Source: Octopus bimaculoides (Eukaryota). Taken from it: 64,000 bases of DNA. Made by a program: the position numbers and the translations under genes. This document shows positions 28,078 to 39,015 of this stretch, piece by piece. The stretch spans positions 6,438,120 to 6,502,119 of the forward strand of contig NC_068997.1 of assembly GCF_001194135.2 (NCBI RefSeq), written 5' to 3'. The notes beneath the pieces are model-generated. The model was not told the origin of the DNA. It ran no database searches and saw only the letters and a list, made by a program, of their open reading frames with translations. Numbering within the stretch: the first letter of the stretch is position 1; every line of letters starts with the position of its first letter.

Positions 28078-28493
28078 AACTATGACTGCGAGTCCGCTGT
28101 CCTAACCTAATAGTGGAGGCGCAATGGCCCAGTGGTTAGGGCAGTGGACTCACGGTCATAGGATCGCGGTTTCAATTCCCAGACCAGGCGTTGTGAGTGT
28201 TTATTGAGCGAAAACACCTAAAACTCCACAAGGCTCCGGCAGGGGATGGTGGCGAACCCTGCTGTACTCTCTCACTACAACTTCTCTTACTTCCTGCTTC
28301 TGTTGTGTCTGTAATTCAAAGGGTCAGCCTTGTCACACTGTGTCACGCTGAATATCCCCGAGAACTACATTAAGGGTACATGTGTTTGTGGAGTGCTCAG
28401 CCACTTGCACGTTAATTTCACGAGCAGGCTGTTCTGTTGATCGGATCAACTGGAACCCTCGACGTCGTAAGCTACGGAGTGCCAACAACAACA
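28078..28493 (+). mobile_element. tRNA-derived SINE family B with a 5' inverted head fragment and 11-bp TSD
   Basis: Head ggaggcgcaatggcccagtggttagg...gtttcaattccc from 28115; (AAC)n tail; acattgtttaa at 28067-28077 and 28494-28504. Confidence 0.85.
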
Positions 28494-30323
28494 ACATTGT
28501 TTAATGTCTCTTTTCTTTCTAAGACACAAAGGTGTGATTTGAGGAAGATTTCTCTGCTATTTCTTGCAGATCATACAACCACTTAAACACTTCCTTATTA
28601 CCTCATGATAAATAAGTACTAAACTGATTTAATGGACTACAACTGAAAGTGTCTTTGTATCTTGGCAAAATAATCAGATTAAAATTTCTCACCCAGTTGT
28701 GAGCCACATCTCCAATTTGTTTCTCGTCTTTTTTTGAGGCTAATGAAATTAAATCAATATGAAGCATCAATTAAATGGGCTGAACATTCTCCCAAATAAA
28801 TTGGCTTTGTGCTTATTCAGAAAAATCAATATTTGATAATTATCTTAGGAGAGTGCAGTAAAGTAAGAAGAAGATGGTGGAATTGATGGGTTCAGGAGAG
28901 TCTGTATTGACAAGTATCAAACATTAGTCTCTTGTCTGTCAACCTGTTTTCAACAATAAGATTTAAATGACCAAGGCAACTAGGGATTGTAAGAAGGTCT
29001 AATTTTTATGTTGTTCTTTTTTCTTGACCAGTGATTCCTTGAATTCTGGCCTCTTCCACCTTTTTTCAGCTGAATGGCATAAACTGCAGATAAGAACTAA
29101 GCTTAACAGACTGTGGTAGATCATTAAACTATCAACTTTAGATAAATCTCTTCAAAAAACTGTAATTTATGATGAAATTCAAGGATTTCATAAACTTTTT
29201 AAAGGGAGAGAAAGGAAAGCAAAAATATGAGACCATTTGGGAAGAGGTATGTTAAGAAATGACATTTGAATAATTTCCAAAAGTTTTAAAGACACAAATG
29301 GAAAGAAACTGCTCAAGCCTGAGAATTACTATGAGACTACAATAAATATCTGGAAGTCTCTTGTCAGGTAAAAAAAAAAAAAGCAAACACAAAAGCTTTA
29401 AAGTAGTTGGTCCTCTAAAAGACATTGCATCTTAAACAAATGTAAAACTAATCCACTGGAGTAGGAATGTCATATCATCTTTCCACAGATTCGTAATTCA
29501 TAACATCAAAGCCTGGAATTCTTGCAAAAACTAATTATTTATTTTAACCATTTCTTCACTAAAACCCATTTCTGGGATAATAAAAAAAGGTTTAAGGAAA
29601 GAAGGGCAACCCTGTAATAAACTTTTCCATAAATTCCTATGTGATCAAACGTTAGGCAGAGATGACCAATGAAATGACCGTTATTGGAATGGATTAACTA
29701 AGGAGAATCAAGTATTATTTGGGTCTAGCTTGGTTCATATCAGAAAATCAATCAATATTGTGAATATTGATTTTATAAATCATTTTGTTTGTGTGAGAGG
29801 GGATATCCACAGACATACAAGCACACACACATATATAAATGTGTTTGTGTGTGTGCACATGTGCATGGAAACTAATAATGAAGCCGCCCAGCTTTCAGTA
29901 CATTAATTAGTGAAAGTATTAGTTAAATAGTCAGTCTATTCACCAGTGTATCAGTTAATTAGTTAATATTTTAACCAACATATTTAGCTATTTCATTAGC
30001 CACTGTATCTGCTAGTTTTTGCCTGTAAACTAATCTATTATCTGATGTTCTAGCTAAAGTTATGCCCATTATATTTGCCAGTGTATTTGCTAGAATATTA
30101 ACTGGTGATGACCAAAGTCTCAAGTAAAGAAATAATCATACTAGTACATAATTAGCAATATTGTAACTATTATAACCATGTATTGGCTAAAGTACCAATT
30201 AATTAACCATTATATGAACTAATTTATTAGTTAATGTTGTTCTATATTTAAGAGATGAGGAATTATTTACATTATTTACATTATTTACATTGGACGGATA
30301 TTTGTCCTCATCTTGTTTGTTGT

Positions 30324-30370
30324 TAACACAACATTTCGGCTGATATACCCTCCAGCCTTAGTCAGGTGTC
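30324..30370 (-). ncRNA. Degenerate minimal type I hammerhead motif (left arm)
   Basis: Minus strand gacac-CUGACUA-aggcug..cagcc-GAAAU-GUU-guguu: G8 to U and C15.2 to U relative to the right-arm copy. Confidence 0.6.
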
Positions 30371-30543
30371 TTGGGGAAATTTCGAACCTGGGTTCTCATT
30401 CCTAACGATGTTACTATTATTATATTATTATTATTATTATTACTATTATTAATCAGGTCGCTGCCGTGAATCGAACTCGGAACCTTGGGGTTAGTAGCCC
30501 GCGCTCTTAACCACTACGCCACAGCATATGGCCCACGGGCATA

Positions 30544-30597
30544 TGGCGTAGTGGTTAAAAGCGCGGGCTACTAACCCCAAGGTTCCGAGTTCGATTC
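30544..30597 (+). promoter_or_regulatory. Type 2 Pol III internal promoter (A and B boxes); mirror copy on the minus strand at ~30468-30520
   Basis: A box TGGCGTAGTGG 30544-30554; B box GTTCGATTC 30589-30597. Confidence 0.7.
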
Positions 30598-30697
30598 ACG
30601 GCAGCGACCTGATTAATAATAGTAATAATAATAATAATAATAATATAATAATAGTAACATCATTAGGAATGAGAACCCAGGTTTGAAATTTCCCCAA

Positions 30698-30743
30698 GAC
30701 ACCTGACGAAGGCTGGAGGGTATATCAGCCGAAACGTTGTGTT
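30698..30743 (+). ncRNA. Minimal type I hammerhead ribozyme motif (right arm), intact core
   Basis: Stem I gacac/guguu; core CUGACGA 30703-30709; stem II ggcug/cagcc; GAAAC 30731-30735; GUU cleavage triplet 30736-30738. Stem III is the loopless palindrome AACGUU. Confidence 0.75.
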
Positions 30744-31322
30744 AACAACAAACAAGATGAGGACAAATATCCGTCCAATGTAAATAATGTAAATTAGTTA
30801 ATGTTGTATTATATTGTTTACTATTTTGGATGGAAAATATTGGTTATTAACCTAAATTAACCTATTAGCAGTGGTGGAAAAAGCAGAATCAAAATGTTAC
30901 TCTTTTTTTTTTTGTGAAGGCAAAAGATAGATGTGAATACATATTTTTTGCATCAATAATCCAATCCAATATGAGATATTGACATACACTCAAAACATAG
31001 CAAACATTTATGGCCTTGAGCAATGTGCAATCACAAACCTGGCAACTGCCGTTGATTTAGAATAAGAAGGGGAAGCAAACAACAAATTGAAACTTTCCTT
31101 GCAATAACCTTCAAAAAGAAATTTCGGTTTTTTCTGGACAACTGCAAAAATATGCTTCTGCTTCAAAAAGCATATCTGTCTACACTCATGCATGCACAAC
31201 ACAAACACGCAAACAGACATAGATAGATAGACAGACAGACAAACAGACAGACAGACAAAGGGATAGATGGATAGATAGGTAAATACATGAGAGAGAGAAT
31301 TGAATGACAAAGATATTCTCAC

Positions 31323-32412
31323 CTTTGTAGCCACCAGGTGTGTTTAAATGTTGATTTAACTTAGTATGATGTAATGTTGCCCAAATGTATTCATCTGGGC
31401 TGTTAATATCTTCAAGCCATTTCACAAAGTCTTGTACTCGATGGTCTGTTATTACAAATTTCACGAAATTTCTAGAAAAAACACCGTAAGCACTTCCTTT
31501 TACTATACTTATATTATGGGGCGGTGGAAGTTTTTTCTTGTATGTATTTTCTAATGTCTTTTTTCCTTTAACATCAACAATTTTATAAACATATTTGAAA
31601 CGGCCAGTCAACATACGTGCCCCAGTTATGCCTTCAATATCATTTGAACCATTGTAGATTTTTAGAATCTTCACTAGCTCCAGATTTGTTCTCAAGGGAT
31701 ATGTTTGACCAGGAAGGTTGATGAAGTATTTCCAGCTAATGTTAGTTTTTAGGAGATCCGACATACAATTTAAATCTGCCTGTAGACGAGAAAAACCAGA
31801 ATATATAACATCTTCAAGTTTTGAAGCAATGAAGACATTGTCAAAACAAGCTGCTAAACGCCTGATATTGTCATGAAGACTCTTTGATGACTTGGCATCG
31901 ATGTGAAGGCAATATATATTACTTGGTCGATATATAGCTCGTAATAAACGCTCCACTTGGAAAAAATCTTTATATAAAAGAATACTGAAAGCAATCGGAA
32001 ACTGTTTCTCCTCTTCAGAAACATTAAAAATGTATTTAGATGACTCACGGATAACTTTGCAACTTTTAAATTCTTGTAAGAAATATTTACGGTAATATTT
32101 CGAATTAGTTCCAATCTTTGATGATCGTTTTATTTCCTCTTTATCACCTTTAAAAACTTGACCACAGTTTACCGGACGCATTTGGTAGGAATAAGCGGAC
32201 AAACCAGCAATATGTTCGGCCATTCTTTCCCGTCCATGTTTTACGTGATCCATAGGGAACTCATCTGTGTCTATTGTTTCTGGATTTACCTGTTGCCGTC
32301 TACACCAAATCCATACTTGCGAACCAGAGAGTAAAACGAGAAGGATAATGATATTACATGTTGTGCACCTGAGGCGCAAATAATAGCGCAGACGGCAACA
32401 GGCTCGAAACAT
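31323..32412 (-). CDS. First coding exon of core-2/I-branching beta-1,6-N-acetylglucosaminyltransferase (GCNT1/GCNT3-like, type II Golgi membrane protein)
   Basis: N-terminal hydrophobic anchor; motifs EEKQFPIAFSILLYKD..QVERLLRAIYRPSNIYCLHIDAKS, NVFIASKLEDVIYSGFSRLQADLNCMSDL, WKYFINL, KGSAY and SPDEYIWATL. Donor AAAG/gtgaga at 31323/31322; acceptor ttttcattctag at 32440 leaves 27 nt of 5' UTR. The joined CDS is 1362 nt (453 aa). Confidence 0.95.
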
Positions 32413-32834
32413 TTTGACAACAAATTGAAAATGTTGCTCCTAGAATGAAAAAGAAAAAAAACAAATAGAAATTGATAATAATCTGCAACATGAATGCTTA
32501 TTAGATGTATAGAAGATAGGTGAAGTGAAATGATTGCAAGTGGAAATAATTGATCTTGCTAGTTTTAACAATTATAACAACATCGACAAGGATGATGAGG
32601 AGGAAGGATTGTCATTGGTGATATAAGCAAAGTTAATTTCAAACGGGAGCGGAAATGATCGTATTGATTATTAATATAAAATGCAAATGAATTAGTAATA
32701 CATTGAGGCATGGTACAGTGAAGTACAATACATATTGAACAGGAGAGTGAAATGCAAAGGCAGCAGAAGATAAAACGGTAAAGTACAGTATAACAGGGCG
32801 GAGAAATACAAAACACACTGGGACATAACAAATG

Positions 32835-32923
<89 letters not shown>

Positions 32924-33588
32924 ATGTGCACACGTGTGTAATTATATAGGTTTGTAAATCAAGGCACATTAAAACTGAGACTTATGGAAATATTATTTGC
33001 AGGGTTTTTGAATAACAAAACAGGATAAAGAAAATTTTTTGGGCATTATTTTTTCTCTATTACATGTGTTTCATTTGTTAATAGGAATTACAAAGATTTA
33101 CATGTTCTATAGACATGTAAGGAATTTCCTATCAGAGAAATTGACAGACAGAGGAAAATTTTTATAATGCAAAAATAAATTTGGATGAAGCTTCTATATT
33201 TCAATATTAATCAGGAGTGTTACAGATAGCCCCAGTGAAGGAAAGAGAACAATATGCACACATATTTGTGCAGACATACACATACACATACACAAACATG
33301 CACATAGATATTCTTTTCTCTCTTTTTTCCTTTATCTTTTCTCTTTTTCTGATTTTCTTTTTTTTTCTTCTTTTAATATATATTTTCTCTTATATATTTC
33401 TGTTTCTTTATATAAAAGAAAATTATATTTAATATCACACTAATACAAACTCCAATTTCATTGTGCATACATGTATATATATTTGTGTGTATGCATGAGT
33501 ACTTGTAGGTGTATGTACATGTGTGTGTGTATGCTTGTGTGTATATAAATATATATATATTTGTGTGTATATATATGTATATGTGTGC

Positions 33589-33675
<87 letters not shown>

Positions 33676-33676
<1 letters not shown>

Positions 33677-34910
33677 TAGCAGTATAGCCCGGCTTTGCCC
33701 GGGATTAAGTTGGGATTATTAAGCTAATCAAGTTCTTTATTTCAAACCAAACTAAGTAACATGACGCCAAATTTGGTCAGAATCAGTGTTGCAACTGGAG
33801 CGCATGGGTTGAGAGTTTGATCGGCAGAAGTGATCAGGTTACACATGCCGTCCCTTTGAAAACACCACTGCCATCATCTAACCCCTCTTTGCTCATGGGT
33901 TAGGAACCCTTCCAGCAAGGAAAATAGAATGACCAAAAGGGCTCCCGATTCCCTGTGTCAGAAGCGGTTCTGTTCAGGTCACAACGAAGTCTTAAGTANN
34001 NNNNNNNNNNNNNNNNNNNNNNNNNNNNNNNNNNNNNNNNNNNNNNNNNNNNNNNNNNNNNNNNNNNNNNNNNNNNNNNNNNNNNNNNNNNNNNNNNNNN
34101 NNNNNNNNNNNNNNNNNNNNNNNNNNNNNNNNNNNNNNNNNNNNNNNNNNNNNNNNNNNNNNNNNNNNNNNNNNNNNNNNNNNNNNNNNNNNNNNNNNNN
34201 NNNNNNNNNNNNNNNNNNNNNNNNNNNNNNNNNNNNNNNNNNNNNNNNNNNNNNNNNNNNNNNNNNNNNNNNNNNNNNNNNNNNNNNNNNNNNNNNNNNN
34301 NNNNNNNNNNNNNNNNNNNNNNNNNNNNNNNNNNNNNNNNNNNNNNNNNNNNNNNNNNNNNNNNNNNNNNNNNNNNNNNNNNNNTATATATATATCGGTA
34401 ATCTTCCAGTTTCGAGAGGTAAAAGAAATAAATAAAAATATTCAAGGGAAATAACTGAACGACTTACCAGTATTATCCGTACTACTTTTTCTCTAAAACA
34501 GCATGCGACGGAATTTTAACAGGCAGAAAAGAATCTAAAACAGCATGCGACGGAATTTTTTTTTATAAAAGTTTAAAATGTTTTTTTCCTCTAATATTAA
34601 TTCACGATTTACAATTGTTTCGAACCATCTAGCATCGATCTCTCATGGGTGGGATACTGAACATGTGGTTTAGGTGTATCCGTTACTGTAGATGTGTCTC
34701 CTCAGGTGATTTCAAGAAGTATCTCGATAAAAGACTGTTTCGTATGCTTGTATGTTTATCGATTTTTACAGCTATACGCGGGTACCTCTGAGAGAGGAAG
34801 TTCACTAAAATGCACATAGAGTCATTCCGAATCTTCTCCTAAAATTGGAGCGACATGCGTGCTAATTTGTACGCCAGACTACATATGTGTGGGCGTTTAT
34901 ACATCCACAT
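33676..34910 (-). mobile_element. Second Helitron-like element sharing termini with 26325-27554 (contains a gap; inner boundary approximate)
   Basis: ctagcagtatagcccggctttgcccgggattaag matches 26325; 34745-34880 matches 27389-27520. Confidence 0.6.
34601..34710 (-). ncRNA. Hammerhead-like motif with extended stem II
   Basis: Minus strand aucac-CUGAGGA-gacacaucua...uagaugguuc-GAAAC-AAUU-GUA; stem I is disturbed by a short insertion. Confidence 0.55.
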
Positions 34911-35090
34911 CTACTAACGGTTATATCTAATACGTTTTCACTGTATTGTGTATTTGTTTCTTTTTGTGTCTTATATTTGTTCTAGATCTTCTATTAGTAT
35001 GAAGCTGTATACCTTAATTTGCCATTTAGATATACGAAGACCAAGAAGAAATCTTGCGAAACTGTATATTTTATCAAGATACCTCTTGAA

Positions 35091-35196
35091 ATCGCCTGAT
35101 GAAACACATCTACACCGACAGATACACCTAAGCCAGATGTTCAGTATCCCACCTGCGAGGGAGAGATGCTAGATGGGTCGAAACAATTATAGTGAT
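35091..35196 (+). ncRNA. Hammerhead-like motif with extended stem II (inverted relative of 34601-34710)
   Basis: aucgc-CUGAUGA(35096)-aacacaucua...uagauggguc-GAAAC(35180)-AAUU-AUA-gugau; stem I aucgc/gugau pairs. Confidence 0.55.
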
Positions 35197-35324
35197 CAAT
35201 AAAGATTTTCGTATCTTCCGTTTTTTTCATTAATCAAATACCCAACGAACACTAGGCTAATGAAGGTGCAAACTACCAGCAAAACTATCAGGGTTTATAC
35301 CATACTATAAGAAGGATTTTTAGT

Positions 35325-35520
35325 TGAATGTATCGACCCCAATAGTACATGTTCTATCGGTCTCTTTTGGAGAAGTGTTAGGTTATGGGAACATAAACAC
35401 ACCAGCACCGATTGTCAAGCAATAGTGGGTAGAAAACACAGACACACACACACACACACACACATATACATATATACAACGGGTTTCTTTCAGAAGATGT
35501 GCCCAAGATGCCGTCTTTGT
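35325..35520 (-). mobile_element. Degenerate SINE family A fragment
   Basis: ttctatcggtctctttt...aaacacaccagcaccgattgtcaagc matches the 4000-4070 region. Confidence 0.65.
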
Positions 35521-35567
35521 GTATGTGTATATGAATGTCTATGTATATATGTGCGTGTATACATATA

Positions 35568-35620
<53 letters not shown>

Positions 35621-36419
35621 NNNNNNNNNNNNNNNNNNNNNNNNNNNNNNNNNNNNNNNNNNNNNNNNNNNNNNNNNNNNNNNNNNNNNNNNNNNNNNNN
35701 NNNNNNNNNNNNNNNNNNNNNNNNNNNNNNNNNNNNNNNNNNNNNNNNNNNNNNNNNNNNNNNNNNNNNNNNNNNNNNNNNNNNNNNNNNNNNNNNNNNN
35801 NNNNNNNNNNNNNNNNNNNNNNNNNNNNNNNNNNNNNNNNNNNNNNNNNNNNNNNNNNNNNNNNNNNNNNNNNNNNNNNNNNNNNNNNNNNNNNNNNNNN
35901 NNNNNNNNNNNNNNNNNNNNNNNNNNNNNNNNNNNNNNNNNNNNNNNNNNNNNNNNNNNNNNNNNNNNNNNNNNNNNNNNNNNNNNNNNNNNNNNNNNNN
36001 NNNNNNNNNNNNNNNNNNNNNNNNNNNNNNNNNNNNNNNNNNNNNNNNNNNNNNNNNNNNNNNNNNNNNNNNNNNNNNNNNNNNNNNNNNNNNNNNNNNN
36101 NNNNNNNNNNNNNNNNNNNNNNNNNNNNNNNNNNNNNNNNNNNNNNNNNNNNNNNNNNNNNNNNNNNNNNNNNNNNNNNNNNNNNNNNNNNNNNNNNNNN
36201 NNNNNNNNNNNNNNNNNNNNNNNNNNNNNNNNNNNNNNNNNNNNNNNNNNNNNNNNNNNNNNNNNNNNNNNNNNNNNNNNNNNNNNNNNNNNNNNNNNNN
36301 NNNNNNNNNNNNNNNNNNNNNNNNNNNNNNNNNNNNNNNNNNNNNNNNNNNNNNNNNNNNNNNNNNNNNNNNNNNNNNNNNNNNNNNNNNNNNNNNNNNG
36401 GTTAGAGACAGGTGTTCTC

Positions 36420-37270
36420 TATTCAGAATACACTTCAAAGTGCTCAAGAAATTTGATCTTGAGCAGGTAGAAGAGTATATGTAAGGAGGTCAAGCTCGGC
36501 AGGTTTGTTGTTTGTGGGGGGGACCTAAAGTGTAATTTGTATCGGTGCTAGTAAATGTTGTTGCATAGGTAGGATTGTGGGATGTCGGCTTGAGGTGGGT
36601 TATTAAGGATTGTGGGCTATCTTTCGATTTGATGTGAAGAAATGTCAAGTAACAGCACATGGGTTTTGTTTACATCTAATCGGCTAACCCTAACCCTAAC
36701 AGTTAGGTTTAGGGTTGGGGTTAGCCGATTAGATGTAAACAAAACCCATGTGCTTTTACTGGACGTTTCTTCACATCAAATCGAAAGATAGCCGGATTGT
36801 GTTATTACTACTATGAGGGCTAACTTGGGGTGCAGTGTGAGAGTTTAGGTGTTTAGAGGACTGGTGTTGGAGTTTGCGTTTGTTCGAGGAGGTGATTATG
36901 GATCCTAAATTAGGTGTGGTGGAATACGAGATTCCCACAGATGATTGGTTAAAGATGGGATAGTATTTATGCTGTGGTGGAAAATTAGATTTTAGAATTT
37001 TAAAGAAGAGTATAAGTAGAGATTTAACTTGGAGAGAAAAGAGTGGTGCAGATTATAAGATTTCGGCTTCCTGATCGTAGATTGTTTAGAGTATGTGGTT
37101 ATAGTGGGCTGGTCAGGAGGTGGGTGGGTTGTAGTTGTTATAGGCTCGGGGTGGCCGAGTGCGATGTGTAGGGGTTGTTTCTTTTTAAGGAGTTGTTGGA
37201 TTGGTGTAGAGTGGAAGTAGTGCCTATAGGTTAGTATTGGGGAAGAGGTGTGCTATTTTAGTTTTAAGCT
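36420..37270 (-). mobile_element. Decayed Penelope-like element fragment (region between RT and GIY-YIG), interrupted by a MITE
   Basis: Minus strand 36986-36872 translates NFPPQHKYYPIFNQSSVGISYSTTPNLGSIITSSNKRKL, matching the recalled PLE motif FPxxHxxxxIFNxxTVKxSYSCxPNxxSIIxxHNKxxL. Confidence 0.65.
36615..36793. mobile_element. Fully palindromic MITE with a CCCTAA/TTAGGG core and 8-bp TSD
   Basis: 76-bp TIRs starting GGCTATC with 3 mismatches; ggattgtg at 36607-36614 and 36794-36801. Confidence 0.88.
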
Positions 37271-37302
37271 TAGTGCCTTATCAACACCTCAAATGTAAAA
37301 CT

Positions 37303-37393
37303 CTCCCCTGAAGACGGAGGCAGTGTTATCTGATAATGGATTCAAATAACTAACATTATTCCGGACCACCAAGCCCACAAAAACAGCTGTTGG
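37303..37393 (+). ncRNA. Degenerate hammerhead-like motif next to the Penelope fragment, in opposite orientation
   Basis: ccc-CUGAAGA at 37308 ... AAAC-AGCU-GUU-gg; G12 is lost and stem II is unclear. Confidence 0.3.
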
Positions 37394-37863
37394 ACTCCTG
37401 AAACTCTAACCATTTAACTCCTGATATCATTTATAATTTGTAAGTCGGACTATTTTATATCCATACACATGTACATTTTTTTGTATTAAATATATTTGAT
37501 ATTCTGTGTAAATCGACTTGCCTGACTGGCTTGTCATTACATTTACTCCTATATATATTTAGGAGAATTTGTAGTTGAAAATGCACCTGAATTTTTTTTT
37601 AATTGTAACTGTTATGAAAATCACCTTTTAAGAAAATCAACTAACTGGAACTTCCCGACAGGGAAGTGAACTAGACAGAACGTCAAACTTGACCACCAGA
37701 ACGTCATCAGAGTTATAACGACTTAAAAATTAGATCCTTTCACGGAAAAACTTATAAATACACTGATTCTAAAACATGTTGTTACAAGCGGAAAACCCTG
37801 CGCGCAACGGAAAAAAGAACCCAAGATGACAGAAACTATAACAAAACCCCTTTTCTTTACATC

Positions 37864-37937
<74 letters not shown>

Positions 37938-38247
37938 CTTCACTCCGTATGACCGAACATTTCTAATATTATTGAATTTTGTGAACGTTTAATCATTTAA
38001 ACATGTTGATCCACATTTCTTATATTCTTCACTGATCAGTTTTGATATTGAATTTTGTGAACATTTAAACATGTTTTCTGCTTTACAATTTAAGATTTTT
38101 TAAAATCTCATACGTTTATACCATTGATGAACAAAAAACATGTTGAAACTAGTTTGGTATGTAATTGTAAAACAATCAATTTCAGGTGCATTTTCAACAA
38201 CAAATTCTCCTATATTTTTTCCTGCGTGAAAATACGCCCCTTCTTTT

Positions 38248-38337
<90 letters not shown>

Positions 38338-38847
38338 TACACACACTCATTGCTGAATTCTAGATCCGAAATTTTCAGCAGTTGTAAGCATATGAATAAG
38401 TTCCTGTTGACGAATTGGAAAGAGCCTCCCTCTCCTGTTGAATAACTGTACCACAGACTATAAGCCACTACCTTTTCAGCCTTATATTTTACAGTCTAAG
38501 GAAATATAACTGATTCCTCACTTTTGTTTCTTTCTGATTTCTTTTTCATTTTCCAGTTTTTTGACCTTCCACCTTTTATGTCTACTTATTTCTCGCTTAT
38601 TCTCTCATCCTATCGTCCCATTTTAGTTTGTTTTATCGTGTGGACAGTGTCTGATGATTGTGCTAGGACATCAGACGTGTTAAAAACCACTATTTGGCAC
38701 GCTTTCAGTACATGAAGCTAATAGTAGCACATAAAAACATATATTGTGTTTATTAAATAATATTTATCTCTCACTAGATGGAATACTTATTTTGTTGATC
38801 TTACCATCACAGAACAGTACACTATATATGTATGTATGTGTGTGTGA

Positions 38848-38897
<50 letters not shown>

Positions 38898-38905
38898 GTG
38901 TGTGC

Positions 38906-38942
<37 letters not shown>

Positions 38943-39015
38943 TGTGTTAAATAAAATGAGACAACAAAGCCAAGGCTGTGTGGAATTTTGAGGACATTTA
39001 TAAAGAGAAAGTTAG

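Larger units (their letters stand above)
30241..30793. mobile_element. Palindromic non-autonomous retroelement: two head-to-head tRNA-derived heads, each followed by a hammerhead motif and an (AATGTAAAT)n tail; 15-bp TSD
   Basis: Arms ~30274-30520 and 30545-30793 are reverse complements, with five substitutions and one AAT-unit difference seen by eye. attagttaatgttgt occurs at 30226-30240 and 30793-30807. Confidence 0.9.

Noticed and set aside
30544-30612. Possible tRNA-Ser(ACT) gene
   Set aside because: No proper acceptor stem and a mismatched anticodon stem; it is embedded in a TSD-bounded repeat, so it is treated as a SINE-type head.
31186-31322. C-terminal 45 aa of the 408-aa ORF
   Set aside because: This is intronic read-through into GATA/GACA repeats; the true C-terminus is at 25766-26037.
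36685-36724. Relic telomere-telomere chromosome fusion
   Set aside because: Only a few repeat units, centred in a TIR element with an 8-bp TSD; better explained as a MITE.
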